In this document: positions 47,665-58,376 of the stretch, piece by piece
Layout of the letters: each line of letters opens with the position of its first letter
Position numbering within the stretch: position 1 is the stretch's first letter
Assembly: GCA_032128875.1 (NCBI GenBank)
Contig: JAVLKG010000003.1
Coordinates: 353,008 to 417,007 of the forward strand
From: Candidatus Melainabacteria bacterium 17Bon1m
Lineage (GTDB): Bacteria > Cyanobacteriota > Vampirovibrionia > Obscuribacterales > Obscuribacteraceae
Length of the DNA stretch: 64,000 bases
Reading direction: 5' to 3'
The notes under the pieces: generated by a model
What the model was told of the DNA's origin: nothing
Database searches by the model: none
The model's input: only the letters and a program-made list of their open reading frames with translations
Position numbers and translations under genes: made by a program

Positions 47665-48600
47665 ATGAACGTGCCGACCCTGCAGAAGTTTCTTCCGACC
47701 TTAATAGCTGTATCCGTTCTGGCGCCATGTATTTCGTATGGTCCGGCAGATGCTCAGGTAGTCAAACGCAAGCTGCCGAAAGCCGGGTTTCAATCCTTGA
47801 TGCGTCCGGGTCCGGGAGCCGCTGGGGTGGGCTATAGCGGTCAGCAGATGGTGCCGGGAAGCTCGCAAGGGGTGCACCTTGTGCCGGGTCTGGACAGAGG
47901 CCCTCGTGCCAGCGCTGGCGATTGGTACGACCCGGGAGAGCCGGATCTCAAAATGCAATGGGTGCGCTGGGAGCCCCGCAAGATGCCGCTCAAAGTCTGG
48001 ATCAGCCCCGGACTCGAATTGCCTGCCTTGCCTTTTCAGGAATTGAAAGCGACTCGCGTGGATACGGTTGCCCAGATGTGTTTTTCCGGTGGAGATGCTA
48101 ATCCGTTTGGGAGTTTGGCGCGCGTAAACGGCTGGTCGGACGAAATGGGTGAAGCTGTTTGTGCCGGTATCGAGATGTGGAAGCCTTTCGAGCAAGAAGG
48201 CCTCTTTTCCTTTGACTTCACAGGGAACCCAAGGGAAGCAAATATTCTTGTGTTCTTTAACGACAACTTCGCTGGTGCCACCGAACCTGGTGGCATATCG
48301 ACCGGCGGGTACACCTGTGCGCAAGCCATTCCTTATGCCAAAATCGCTGAGGCGCTTCAGCAAGGTAAGAATCCTCGCACTCCTCCTGTCGTGATGGAGT
48401 TGTCTCTTGGCGTTAACAGCACACTGGAAAAACTTAAGGCTGCCACTGCTCATGAGTTCGGTCACGCCTTAGGCATTAAGGCACACTCGCCGTACCGAGA
48501 CGACATCATGCATGAAAACCGAGTCGTGGAGCAGTTATCGCAAGCTGACAAAAACACCATTCGTCGCCTTTATCGCTCACGTACCCAATGGGTTCTCTAG
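47665..48600 (+). CDS. Matrixin-like (metzincin) zinc metalloprotease, exported
   Basis: HEFGHALGIKAHS zinc motif plus DIM Met-turn; signal peptide. Confidence 0.88.
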   Translation: MNVPTLQKFLPTLIAVSVLAPCISYGPADAQVVKRKLPKAGFQSLMRPGPGAAGVGYSGQQMVPGSSQGVHLVPGLDRGPRASAGDWYDPGEPDLKMQWVRWEPRKMPLKVWISPGLELPALPFQELKATRVDTVAQMCFSGGDANPFGSLARVNGWSDEMGEAVCAGIEMWKPFEQEGLFSFDFTGNPREANILVFFNDNFAGATEPGGISTGGYTCAQAIPYAKIAEALQQGKNPRTPPVVMELSLGVNSTLEKLKAATAHEFGHALGIKAHSPYRDDIMHENRVVEQLSQADKNTIRRLYRSRTQWVL

Positions 48601-48607
48601 TTCTAAA

Positions 48608-48726
48608 GTAGGGGCGACGCCATTTGTCGACCGCTGCATTGAACGCAGATTTCAACAATTGACGCCATGCGTCGACCGCTTTAATGAACGCGCGTTTCGA
48701 CGGGCGATGCATGGCATCGTACCTAC
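48608..48726. repeat. Cluster of three REP-like palindromes between convergent genes
   Basis: GTAGGGGCGACGCCATTTGTCGACC; TTGACGCCATGCGTCGACC; and on the minus strand GTAGGTACGATGCCATGCATCGCCC. Confidence 0.8.
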
Positions 48727-48820
48727 AAAACCAAGACTATTGAACCACCAAGCCGAAAGGGCAGCATATCTGCCGCCCAGTCAGTTAGCCGTGTTCGGCT
48801 TCCCCAAAATCTGTTGTTAT

Positions 48821-50026
48821 TTAGCGTCCGCGCAGTTGTTGATCCAGAACTTCTGCATTCAGATTTGCATCGAGATATTCTTGGATTTTTTCGTACGATT
48901 CCAATCGCTGCGAAGCCTTCCAAGCGTCGTCACGTACTTGAATGCGCTGTCCCGGATGAATTGAGCGCACCTTGGGATCGTATGTGTTGCGGTCAAAACC
49001 ATTGAGTTGTGCGATGTCGCTAGAGAAATCTACGACATCGTGTTCACTCGGAGTTTGTCCGCTTTCTTTCTTAAGTACACCTCTGGCGATGCGGTCGAAG
49101 CCTTCACCCTTTTGGACTGTGTGCTGAGCGCGATCTTCAATGGATTGCAGGTTCTCTTTGTTCATGCGTCTTGCTTCTTGCAAAACAGTCATGTTGCTTT
49201 CTTCTGTTTTGCACTTTTGCACCACAGCATCTCTCAGGTAGCCGCTATTAGCGTTGGCAGCTGCGTGGATTTCTTCGGAGCTTTCGAAACCGGCACCTTT
49301 AGCGACAGTGTCGTAGTTCAAGATGCCGTCGCAACCCATGTCGTCGCCTTGTCCGCGATGTTCGACGCGGCGCATGTCCGAGCTGCCCCACTTCTTGTAG
49401 AGCGTGTCGATGGCAGCTCTTTCTTCGTCGCTGTATACTTTATCGCCTTTCGCACGGGCTCTGTCATCAGCTTTTCTGGCGTCTTTCAAATCCCAGTAGG
49501 TGACGCCCCACTGTCCGTTGTGGTCTTCTGCCAGTTTGCTAAACAGCTCGCCGTTGTTTGCAAACAGCGGATTTACGATGTCGAGAGAGCGTCTTTGATT
49601 CTCGATTTTCTTCAATGTTGAATCAAGGTCTTTTCCGGAAATCTCATCCTTTTCGCGTGAGCCGATGCCGATGAATCCACCTTCGCGGTTGGACTTCGCA
49701 TGCTTGATGGTCTCGAATTGTTTGAGCGCACTTTCTGCCATGAGCGAGTCAAACTTAGTGTTGGCGCTGTTTGTGATATCTTCCCGCGTGATGCTGCGTC
49801 CGAGTTCTTTATACTTGTCGGCGAGCCAGACAACTGCCATTTTGTCGACTGTTGAGTCGGCAACCGTACCGATGCGACCAGTTTGCCTGTCGCTCATGCT
49901 GCCTCTGATTGCGCAGCCTGCCGAATTCTCATAGTCTTCTCTAAAGCGGGAGTAGGCTTCAAATGCAGGAGTTGTGACCTCTACGCTGAGGGGTTCGAAC
50001 GATTTCGATTCAATTTCTCGTGCCAT
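48821..50026 (-). CDS. Hypothetical protein with C-terminal LysM-like domain
   Basis: HTVQKGEGFDRIAR...IAQLNG...IHPGQRI; GGAG RBS. Confidence 0.75.
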   Translation of the reverse strand: MAREIESKSFEPLSVEVTTPAFEAYSRFREDYENSAGCAIRGSMSDRQTGRIGTVADSTVDKMAVVWLADKYKELGRSITREDITNSANTKFDSLMAESALKQFETIKHAKSNREGGFIGIGSREKDEISGKDLDSTLKKIENQRRSLDIVNPLFANNGELFSKLAEDHNGQWGVTYWDLKDARKADDRARAKGDKVYSDEERAAIDTLYKKWGSSDMRRVEHRGQGDDMGCDGILNYDTVAKGAGFESSEEIHAAANANSGYLRDAVVQKCKTEESNMTVLQEARRMNKENLQSIEDRAQHTVQKGEGFDRIARGVLKKESGQTPSEHDVVDFSSDIAQLNGFDRNTYDPKVRSIHPGQRIQVRDDAWKASQRLESYEKIQEYLDANLNAEVLDQQLRGR

Positions 50027-50289
50027 TTTTGATTCTCCGTTAGAAGCTTAATTAGTTGTCCAACCCTGCCACCGCCAACCTTCGTTGGTGTACTCGTATG
50101 CGAACCGGGGGTTCGACATCAAAGGTACGATTCCAATGTGTTAGCAACGTGGCAGTCGTGGGAAAACTACGCACCCGTGCGCTTCCTTGGTCTTCGCGCA
50201 TGGGAGTGCAAGCCTTCCGTGCCAACCTGAGTGAGGGATTGCTTAGAGAATAGACTTCAATTTGGAAATTTGTCGGGAGCTAGCTTTGC

Positions 50290-53274
50290 CTAGAGCTTGG
50301 AGATTGGAACAGTCAGATGAACATCGCGGTACTGTTCTGATGGCGGCAGGAAGTTCGGCAGGAAGACATCAGCTGAAGCGTTGAGGTCTCTGCCCGGAAC
50401 TTTTATGGTGCCGTGAATGGCGCCGTGCGCGTTGATCTTCTTCTCGCTGAATTCGACTTTGGCTATTTGCTCGGGCTTGCCTGGCATTTGAATTTTTGCA
50501 GAGATACTCGATGGCAGCTCCATTGGGAAGTCCCGGTCGTTTTTCAAAACAACCTTCAGCTTGATTTGGGACTTGGACGGAACCACTCCCTCGAGTTCAA
50601 AACGCACTGAGCCGCGAGCATTGCTGGCATTAGCCGCCATAGTCTGTTTAATTGAATTGATTTGGTCTGGTGATAAATCTTTGCCCATTGCCGATTGACC
50701 ATTCGAAGGCGCCTGCGGCATATTTGCCAGCATGTCCGGATGCACCATTGACTGTGCTTTTTGGCGGATATAGTCCGGCGCTTGCGGTGGCGGTGAGATT
50801 TCCGGCAAGAGCTGCGGTTTTACAGCCTCGGAAGGCTGTGCAGATGGTGATGGAACGAGATCTCTGGGAGCGCTTTGCTGAATGGCCACAGGTGTTTGGG
50901 CATAAGTCTGTGGCGCAGCGGATAGTGCGTAACTTGGCTGTGCGGCTGGTTGAGCATAGTTCGGTGCTGCCTGTGGCATCATGCCGTTCATCAATCCTGG
51001 GAGCGCTTGAGCTGCTGCCTGAATGTTGGCGCTGGAAATGCCGTTCGGAAAAGCCTTCATTGCTAAAGCGGAAAGCGTATTGCCGTCAATTGCTGAAGTT
51101 GCTCCTGGTATCGCTGTTATAGCTGAAGCTAGAGAGCTGGCTGCTGGCGCCGCGCTTGCGGCGGCCGCCGTTGCCCCTGGTGCTGGGGCTGCGGACGCTG
51201 CCGAAGCGATGGCACTTGCCGTGACAGGTGTCTCAGTGGTCAGGACAGGCGGAAGTGGCGGAAGCGGAGGCAAAGGTGGTAGCCCGAGGCTTGAACCGGC
51301 TGACGAGCCAGAAGCGCCTCCCATAGCTTTTTGAGTCGCATCTTCGATTTTAGCCATGCGATCTTTTTCGCTCTGCTGGAATCCTCTGAGTTGTCCGAGA
51401 AATCCACCCAAACTGTTGACGTGATTGTCGGTCGTCAGAGCTGAATCGGCAGAGGACGCCGCGGCGGCTCCTGCCACAGTCGGAATCGCTCTCGGAATGC
51501 TAGGTGCCGGCGGCAATTCGCCAGGTTGGACTTGCGAGTTTAATTGCGACAACAATGATGGTTGAACGCCCTGTTGTTGATTTAGAAACGTCATAACTTG
51601 TGGCGACGCCATTCCGCCTGCAGTCTGCGGTGTAAGCATCGTCGTCGCCTGCATCTTCGCATTTAGCTCCTGGAGCTTCTTGGCGGCGACGGTGTTTTTT
51701 GGTTCTTCTCGAATGACTGTCATATACGCATCGTGCGCTTGCGAATACAGTCCCAAACGTGTCGCCAAATCGCCTTCGTACAAGCGGATCTTCACATCCG
51801 TCGGTGCGATTCCTGCTGCTTCGATAATCTTCGAATGAGCATCTCTGACAGCGCCGCTTTGATCGAGAGTTTGTGCTGCTTGATAGGCTTTCATCGCTTC
51901 TTGACGGGCAAGAGCGAGTTTAAAACTTTGACGTGCGGCCGGAAGATTTGGGTTGTCCGGCTCCAGTCTCACGACTTGCTTGTACTCGTTTTGCGACGAT
52001 TTGAGGTCGCCGGAGAGCTGGTAAGCTCTTGCAAGACCAAGGTGCTGACCGGCATCGCGAGGATTTTTCGCTACCTGTCTGTGCCATAGATCGATAAGTG
52101 TTCGCGACGCAACTTTGTCTTCCGGGTTGATGATTAGCGCGCGGCTGAGGTCGTTGTTCGCACCAATCACGTCACCTTGTGTATAGCGCAAACTGCCGAG
52201 GTGTCTCAAAGCGGCGCTGGAATTGGGATCAAGCTCAAGAGCTTTTTGAAACTCACCTTTGGCAGTTTCCTTCTTCCCTTCCTTAAAGAGCATTGCGCCC
52301 ACACCAATGTGACCATCGGCTGATGGTTTGATCTTGAGCGCTGCTCTGTATTCGACTAATGCTTCGTTGTATTTGCCTTCGCGAGCCAAAGTATCTGCCA
52401 TTTTGAGGCGAGCGATATCACTTGTGTGATCGATGCCTTTCTTTTTGAGCCAGTCATTGAGGGCTGTTGTGGCTGGTGTGCTGCCAGGCTCAAGAGTCAA
52501 AGCTTCGCGCGCGAGTTTTACAGCTTCATCGTAATCATTCGCTGCGACCTGTGCTCTGCCGTTGCTCAAAAGCGTCTTAACGAACTCATCTTTGAGTACT
52601 TTGTCTTTCGGAAATGCTTTGGTGTAATTCTTTATTAGAGACTGCGCTTCGGTGAACTTTCCTTCCTTTAGGAAGGTGTTAAGCTGGGCTGCCGCTTGCG
52701 CCGCATGGGGTGAGCTTGCCTGATTTTGCGCTGCACTCATCGCGTCATATCGAGGAGACGTCTGCTGAGACATCGGTGACATCATGCCCATCTGTGGAGT
52801 CACGATCGATGGCGTAACTGCCGGAGGCGGCGGGATCAGACCGTTTTTGGACTTGGCAGAACTGCTGCTCGAATAGCTTGGAGAGGAAATGTTGTACGGC
52901 AGCGGCGCAGGACTTAACCCCCCGCCGGAATAGTAGCTATCCATCGATGAGCCATTATTTGGGTTCATCGAATACGAAGACGACTCGCGTACTTCGGAGT
53001 CGTAGCGCCGTCTGATTCTTGTAGTCGGGACAATAATTTGCTTGGCGTGTGCGAAGTCGGCCGCCTGAGCCGGAGGCGTAAAAACCAGGGGAGCGGACAA
53101 AATACCGAGCGTTTCGGCTACCAGGCAAGAGCCCGGGAGTATGAAAGATAGAAACGCTGTTTTTAGTCTATCGCTGGTCACAGTGGTTGTTTTGTCAGAG
53201 CCGGAAGACCCATATACGAGCAAGCGGCAAACCATCAGTTCGCCATGCCGGTAATTAAGGTGTCGCCTTCGCAT
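50290..53274 (-). CDS. Large TPR-repeat protein with Pro/Ala/Ser-rich linker; start uncertain
   Basis: Multiple TPRs (EALTLEP, ALKIKP, KALELDP, ALIINP, VVRLEP) and a C-terminal beta-rich domain. Confidence 0.8.
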   Translation of the reverse strand: MRRRHLNYRHGELMVCRLLVYGSSGSDKTTTVTSDRLKTAFLSFILPGSCLVAETLGILSAPLVFTPPAQAADFAHAKQIIVPTTRIRRRYDSEVRESSSYSMNPNNGSSMDSYYSGGGLSPAPLPYNISSPSYSSSSSAKSKNGLIPPPPAVTPSIVTPQMGMMSPMSQQTSPRYDAMSAAQNQASSPHAAQAAAQLNTFLKEGKFTEAQSLIKNYTKAFPKDKVLKDEFVKTLLSNGRAQVAANDYDEAVKLAREALTLEPGSTPATTALNDWLKKKGIDHTSDIARLKMADTLAREGKYNEALVEYRAALKIKPSADGHIGVGAMLFKEGKKETAKGEFQKALELDPNSSAALRHLGSLRYTQGDVIGANNDLSRALIINPEDKVASRTLIDLWHRQVAKNPRDAGQHLGLARAYQLSGDLKSSQNEYKQVVRLEPDNPNLPAARQSFKLALARQEAMKAYQAAQTLDQSGAVRDAHSKIIEAAGIAPTDVKIRLYEGDLATRLGLYSQAHDAYMTVIREEPKNTVAAKKLQELNAKMQATTMLTPQTAGGMASPQVMTFLNQQQGVQPSLLSQLNSQVQPGELPPAPSIPRAIPTVAGAAAASSADSALTTDNHVNSLGGFLGQLRGFQQSEKDRMAKIEDATQKAMGGASGSSAGSSLGLPPLPPLPPLPPVLTTETPVTASAIASAASAAPAPGATAAAASAAPAASSLASAITAIPGATSAIDGNTLSALAMKAFPNGISSANIQAAAQALPGLMNGMMPQAAPNYAQPAAQPSYALSAAPQTYAQTPVAIQQSAPRDLVPSPSAQPSEAVKPQLLPEISPPPQAPDYIRQKAQSMVHPDMLANMPQAPSNGQSAMGKDLSPDQINSIKQTMAANASNARGSVRFELEGVVPSKSQIKLKVVLKNDRDFPMELPSSISAKIQMPGKPEQIAKVEFSEKKINAHGAIHGTIKVPGRDLNASADVFLPNFLPPSEQYRDVHLTVPISKL

Positions 53275-53643
53275 TTTTGGTGATAGAGCAACGCCATCGA
53301 TATTCTAGTGACAACCTTTCATTCTATAAAGTGGGAAATTACGAGGTAAAGCAAAGTTTTGTTCGGTTTTTAACTTGCCGCAGCCGCTAAATTGCCCAAA
53401 ACGGCGTTGGATTCGGCTTCTTGGCTTGGGTAAGGCGGAAAAAAGGCGATTTTGGGCTAGGGAGCTTTGTAAAAGGTTTCGGAACACCCATCTATAAATG
53501 TGAGTCTGTAACTTACACTTGGAAAGGTTGCCGGGTGCCCGGGGCAAAGAGGAAAATCCTTTCCTGCTTTTTGTCTGGGGCGCCGTTCGCTGACCAGCGG
53601 CAAATTTCAAGTCTGGGTTTTCATAAACAGAAGGGCTTTATAA

Positions 53644-56286
53644 ATGACGACAGCAGTCAAAGACAACGACACCAGTTTGATGGAACGGGTGAATCACCTG
53701 ACCCGACAAGCGAGACTGGCAGCCGCTGTCTTCACGCAGTACTCGCAGGAAGATGTTGATCGCATCGTCAAAGCGATGACTGCAGCCGCGATTGAGAATG
53801 TGGAAAAGTTGGCGCGTGCGGCTTGTGATGAAACCCGCATGGGGCTTTTCGAGGACAAGATGCTGAAGAATTTCGTCGCCTCGGAATTCCACTATCACCA
53901 GATCAAGGACAAAAAGACCGTCGGCATCATCAGAGAATTTCCCGAAGACAACATGGTCGAAATTGCCGAGCCGGTTGGGGTTATCTTGGCTTTGTCACCC
54001 GTAACTAACCCGACTTCTACCGTCATTTTCAAGGCAATGGCTGCCGCCAAAACTAGAAATTCCATCATCTTCAGCCCGCACTTGATGGCTGCAGATGCAA
54101 GCAACATGGCAGCAAGAATAGTGTATGAAGCGGCTGTTGCAGCTGGCGCACCCAAAGGTTTCATCGGCTGGGTTGAAAAATCTTCGCGTTTGAGAAGAGA
54201 AACCGAGCTCATGATGGTGCATCCGGAAGTCGATTTGATTTTCGCCACCGGCGGAACCGGAATGGTCAAAGCAGCCTGCAGCTCTGGGAAACCTGTTCTG
54301 GGCGTGGGTTCGGGCAACACTCCTGTGTACGTCCACAAGAGCACGAACGTTCGTCAGGCGGCGATGGACATCATCATCTCTAAAACGTTCGACAATGGAA
54401 CCGAGTGCCCATCAGAGCAAACCCTTGTTGTTGACCGCGAAATTGCCCAATCGCTTATTGAGCAGTTCAAAGAATATGGCTGCCATGATTGCAACGAAGA
54501 AGAAACAGCCAAGATTACAGAGACAATCATCGACGCGCGCACAGGTGGAATGAACTACCGCATGGTCGGTCAGCCGGCCAATCTCATCGCGGAGAAAGCA
54601 GGAATTACTGTTCCGCCAGAAACCAAAATCATTCTCTGCGAGATGAAAGGTGATCTGCGCGGAAACAAATTGGCAGTAGAAAAACTGATGCCAGTGTTGA
54701 GCTATGTTGTCGTAGACTCCGTCGACGAAGGGCTCAACCGCGCATTGGATATCAATTACGGTGGTGGCACCGGACACACTGCCGGCATCTTTTCTGAAGA
54801 TGAGGATGTTATTGAACAGTTCGGCACGTTTATCAATGCCGGACGTATTATCGTCAATTCACCGACATCAATCGCTGGATTGGGCGGCATCTACAACAAC
54901 TTGAATACGACCCTCAGCTTCGGCTGCGGTACCGGTGGCGGCAATATCACCACCGATAACGTCGGTATCAAAAACTTGCTCAACTACAAGCGTGTACCGC
55001 GCCGTAAGCACTTCACGCTCTCGTTCCAAACAACTAAGAACATCTACATCAACCCAGGTTCCATCGACCACCTGAGAAATATCAAGACGAAGCGTGCTTT
55101 CGTCGTCACTTCCCGATCTGCTGCTCGCAGAGGACACCTATCCATGGTGTTGGAGCGCTTGCCGCAAGATTGCCGAGTCGACGTTTTCTCGGAGGTCTGC
55201 GAAGAGCCGGAATGGCATACGATTGAAGCGGCACTGCAAGTAATGAAGCAGAGCCAGCCGGATACCGTTATCGCTCTAGGCGGTGGTTCTGTTCTTGACG
55301 CTTCGAAAGTAATGCGTCTCTTCCATGACTACCCGGATTTGAAGCTGCAAGAAATCGCTTTCAACTTCCTGGATTTCCGTCATCGTATGGCAGAGTTTCC
55401 AAAGGGCGTAAAAACCCAGCTGGTTGCCATTCCAACGACTTCAGGAACTGGTTCGGAAGTTACACCTTTTGCCGTTTTGAAAGACAGCAAATCGCAAAGG
55501 AAGCTCTCGCTTATCGACGAGACGCTACTGCCGACGGTGGCAATTATCGACGCCAATCTCACTAAGACATTACCGCGTGATATCACCGCCGATACCGCGT
55601 TCGACGCACTGACTCATGCTTTGGAGGCGCTTGTTTCCACGGTTGCATCCGACTACACTGACGGTTTGGCATTCGAAGCCATGCGCCTCATATTTGAAGC
55701 GTTGCCGGAAGTTTTGAAAAACCCGACCAATGTTGTCTGGCGTCACAAACTGCACAATGCTTCGTGCTTGGCTGGTATGGCGATCGGCAATGCATCTGTC
55801 GGCGTCAACCACGCACTGGCTCACAGTCTCGGCGGACACTACGATGTTCCGCACGGCAGAGCCAACGGTGTATTTCTCGTCTCGACTCTGGAATACAATG
55901 CGCAGATTCCACACAAATTTATGGTGCAATCGTGCTATCCACTCTGGGTTGCCGATGAGAAATATGCGCGCGCCGCTCAATTCCTTGGGTTGGACGAAGA
56001 TGGCAAACTGGCTGCAGTCGGTAAAGGCGAAAAACCGCACAAAGGCAATATCAAACAATTGAATTTGGCTCTCCGGCGCGCAATCTACGACTTGTCCGCC
56101 CAGTGTGGTCAACCAATGTCGATTGCAGAGCTTGGAATTTCGCAAGAAGATTTCGCCGCAGCAATGCCGGATCTTGTACGTGGTGCTTTCGAAGATATGG
56201 CTGTGAAAACAAATCCAGCTGTGCCGTTGTTTGAAGACATCAAAGATCTCTTCATCAACGCTTATCCACCCAGACAGCGCCCGTAA
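53644..56286 (+). CDS. adhE: Bifunctional acetaldehyde-CoA/alcohol dehydrogenase
   Basis: PVTNPTST, ATGG, SKTFDNGTECPSEQ, EKL.P, GCGT.GGN linker, GGGS, PTTSGTGSEVT, DALTHALE, HALAH, PHG. Confidence 0.96.
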   Translation: MTTAVKDNDTSLMERVNHLTRQARLAAAVFTQYSQEDVDRIVKAMTAAAIENVEKLARAACDETRMGLFEDKMLKNFVASEFHYHQIKDKKTVGIIREFPEDNMVEIAEPVGVILALSPVTNPTSTVIFKAMAAAKTRNSIIFSPHLMAADASNMAARIVYEAAVAAGAPKGFIGWVEKSSRLRRETELMMVHPEVDLIFATGGTGMVKAACSSGKPVLGVGSGNTPVYVHKSTNVRQAAMDIIISKTFDNGTECPSEQTLVVDREIAQSLIEQFKEYGCHDCNEEETAKITETIIDARTGGMNYRMVGQPANLIAEKAGITVPPETKIILCEMKGDLRGNKLAVEKLMPVLSYVVVDSVDEGLNRALDINYGGGTGHTAGIFSEDEDVIEQFGTFINAGRIIVNSPTSIAGLGGIYNNLNTTLSFGCGTGGGNITTDNVGIKNLLNYKRVPRRKHFTLSFQTTKNIYINPGSIDHLRNIKTKRAFVVTSRSAARRGHLSMVLERLPQDCRVDVFSEVCEEPEWHTIEAALQVMKQSQPDTVIALGGGSVLDASKVMRLFHDYPDLKLQEIAFNFLDFRHRMAEFPKGVKTQLVAIPTTSGTGSEVTPFAVLKDSKSQRKLSLIDETLLPTVAIIDANLTKTLPRDITADTAFDALTHALEALVSTVASDYTDGLAFEAMRLIFEALPEVLKNPTNVVWRHKLHNASCLAGMAIGNASVGVNHALAHSLGGHYDVPHGRANGVFLVSTLEYNAQIPHKFMVQSCYPLWVADEKYARAAQFLGLDEDGKLAAVGKGEKPHKGNIKQLNLALRRAIYDLSAQCGQPMSIAELGISQEDFAAAMPDLVRGAFEDMAVKTNPAVPLFEDIKDLFINAYPPRQRP

Positions 56287-56412
56287 TCGTTGGGGCGCGT
56301 TGCACGCGCCCTGATTTTTTTTGAATCCAACAAACAGAACAGAATCAGCTGACTTAAATTCGCTAATATCCAATCCTCAAAATATTTGCGAGAGAAAACT
56401 GGAGAAAGACCC

Positions 56413-56745
56413 GTGACAGAAAAGAAGAAATCCAAAGAATCATCGACAGCAACGAAAGATGCCGCGCAGTTTCGGTTGCCGGGACCTTTGGTGAAAAGTC
56501 TTGATGAAGTCGATAAGCTGCTCGCCTCCGGTTCCGGCGATTTGAACTTGGACTTCTCCGATTGCACATTCATCTCAGTTGATGGTCTTGAATGGCTGGA
56601 AGAAATGCTCCTTCGTGCTCAGTCAAAAGGCGTTTCGATAAGTTTTTCCAACGTCACTCCGAGCGTCTACAAAGTATTCAAAGTCGCACATATTGATTCA
56701 GTCATGGGCGCTTGCGGACTGCCAATCTCAGGACCTGTTTGCTAA
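56413..56745 (+). CDS. STAS domain (anti-sigma factor antagonist-like) protein
   Basis: LDFSDCTFISVDGL, VYKVFKV; GTG start after GGAG. Confidence 0.8.
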   Translation: MTEKKKSKESSTATKDAAQFRLPGPLVKSLDEVDKLLASGSGDLNLDFSDCTFISVDGLEWLEEMLLRAQSKGVSISFSNVTPSVYKVFKVAHIDSVMGACGLPISGPVC

Positions 56746-56855
56746 TCCACTGGGAGCGCCGGCGGCTCGCCGGCTTCGGGCGGCAAAGGTTCCGCATTTT
56801 CAGAAACAGCCGTCAGGATGATGCACGCCATTGTCCTTTCGTTACTTTTATGAAC

Positions 56856-57185
56856 TTAGATCGTCATGAGAAGAGATGGACATGCGTGAACACCGCGCTG
56901 GCAATAGCTGACCGTATAGCCCATCATAAGAATAGATAGGAGCCATCCTACTAGCATTACGAAAAACGCTTCTTTCAATTCTTGCCTGCGGTTTCTAATG
57001 AGTGCGAGTACCATCAAAACATTCGTACATTCGAGCGTTGCGAAGCCAAAGGCTAGCAGCCCCAGCCCTTCAGACGTAAATGGATATCGGCTAAAGAGGA
57101 AATATCCATAATGGATACCGGCTAGCAGGCACAGCGCAATGCAAAACATTGAAAGTTGGAGAGATGCAGTTCTAGGAGTTTGCAT
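56856..57185 (-). CDS. Small three-TM membrane protein
   Basis: Hydrophobic; resembles the neighbouring 57189-57545 protein. Confidence 0.6.
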   Translation of the reverse strand: MQTPRTASLQLSMFCIALCLLAGIHYGYFLFSRYPFTSEGLGLLAFGFATLECTNVLMVLALIRNRRQELKEAFFVMLVGWLLSILMMGYTVSYCQRGVHACPSLLMTI

Positions 57186-57188
57186 TGA

Positions 57189-57545
57189 CTACCGCTTCTC
57201 GCTCTGAGTTAGGTCTTCCATGCGTGTAAGGTCTTCCGGCGATCTGACTTGAAGACCGCAACCGGAAGTGCTGGAAGCTGCAAATCCGACTGTAAAAAGT
57301 TCGAATATAGCTGCAAATACGAGCAGCGCTAGAGCTGAAGTGACATTTCGACGCTCAAAGATTTTCCAAACTAAATTGATCATGGCAAGACCGCCGGTGG
57401 CATTGCTCAGTGCGAGCAGACTAATCGCAGCTGGGCTAGCTGGGCATTTAAGTGCATAGAGAAATCCATAAGTAGCGCCGGCGACTGCACAGAACAATGC
57501 CGTCGCGATACCTGTATTTATGAAATTCGATTTGTAGGTTTGCAT
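57189..57545 (-). CDS. Small three-TM membrane protein
   Basis: Hydrophobic; GGAG and GAG upstream; similar layout to 56856-57185. Confidence 0.6.
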   Translation of the reverse strand: MQTYKSNFINTGIATALFCAVAGATYGFLYALKCPASPAAISLLALSNATGGLAMINLVWKIFERRNVTSALALLVFAAIFELFTVGFAASSTSGCGLQVRSPEDLTRMEDLTQSEKR

Positions 57546-57724
57546 ATCGTTTCGCTACTCAAACTCCACTCTCTCACATCCACCTTCAGCAGCGAAAGGC
57601 ACTTAAAGGCTGGAAAACTGCCTGGATTACCCAGGCTGCTCAGGTTTCGCAGAGTTAGCAATTTTTGGACTTATGCGGCGCTCTCCATTTAGTTATGATG
57701 GTAGTTACTATCTGATACCAGCAA

Positions 57725-58318
57725 ATGTTGAAACGTAGATACGCTATAGCCATTGCACTCGGTGTTTTCTTTGGTGTTGTATCCATTGCAACGACCGCCG
57801 AATTTCACTATGGTAGCTGGGATGATTTAAGCCAGTTTGGGAAGGGAGCCTGGCACATTCCTGGTTGGGATACCTATCAATCGTTCGAACCTGGACTAAG
57901 TTTGGATCTGAAACACAAAGCTGTATTGCTGCGCATGTGCCAAGTTTTCTTGGAGCAAGGCTTTGCGTCGATTCTAATTCCAGTTCTGCTGTGTTCTGGG
58001 GCCGCAAGGTTAGACGAACTGTCGGCCCAGAGTCGTCATTTGTACTGTTTAACTAGAAGCCTTCTAATTACAGTTATTTGCGTAAGCGTTGTTGCCATAC
58101 CTTGGGCGATTGGCGCAAGCCAGCACGATACAGAAGCTCCGAAGATTTTAGAGGGGCAAATTCTTTACGCTTATCATGCCTACCTTTTCCTGTTTCTTAT
58201 GGCGGTTGTATCGCTCTTGGCACCTGCATTTTGGATTTTGGTTTATGTTGGATTGTGGTGGCATACAAGAAAATTTCCCGTAAAACTCACTGTGAGCAAC
58301 ATTGTTTTGGACCCCTAA
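57725..58318 (+). CDS. Multi-pass membrane hypothetical protein
   Basis: Four hydrophobic segments. Confidence 0.6.
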   Translation: MLKRRYAIAIALGVFFGVVSIATTAEFHYGSWDDLSQFGKGAWHIPGWDTYQSFEPGLSLDLKHKAVLLRMCQVFLEQGFASILIPVLLCSGAARLDELSAQSRHLYCLTRSLLITVICVSVVAIPWAIGASQHDTEAPKILEGQILYAYHAYLFLFLMAVVSLLAPAFWILVYVGLWWHTRKFPVKLTVSNIVLDP

Positions 58319-58376
58319 CTACGGCATAGACAATGGTGGACGCTTAAAGGGCTGGAAACTGCTAAGATTGCAGGCG

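Noticed and set aside
50056-50253. tRNA-like element suggested by a GGTTCGA string
   Set aside because: Only short local hairpins; I could not build a cloverleaf or acceptor stem
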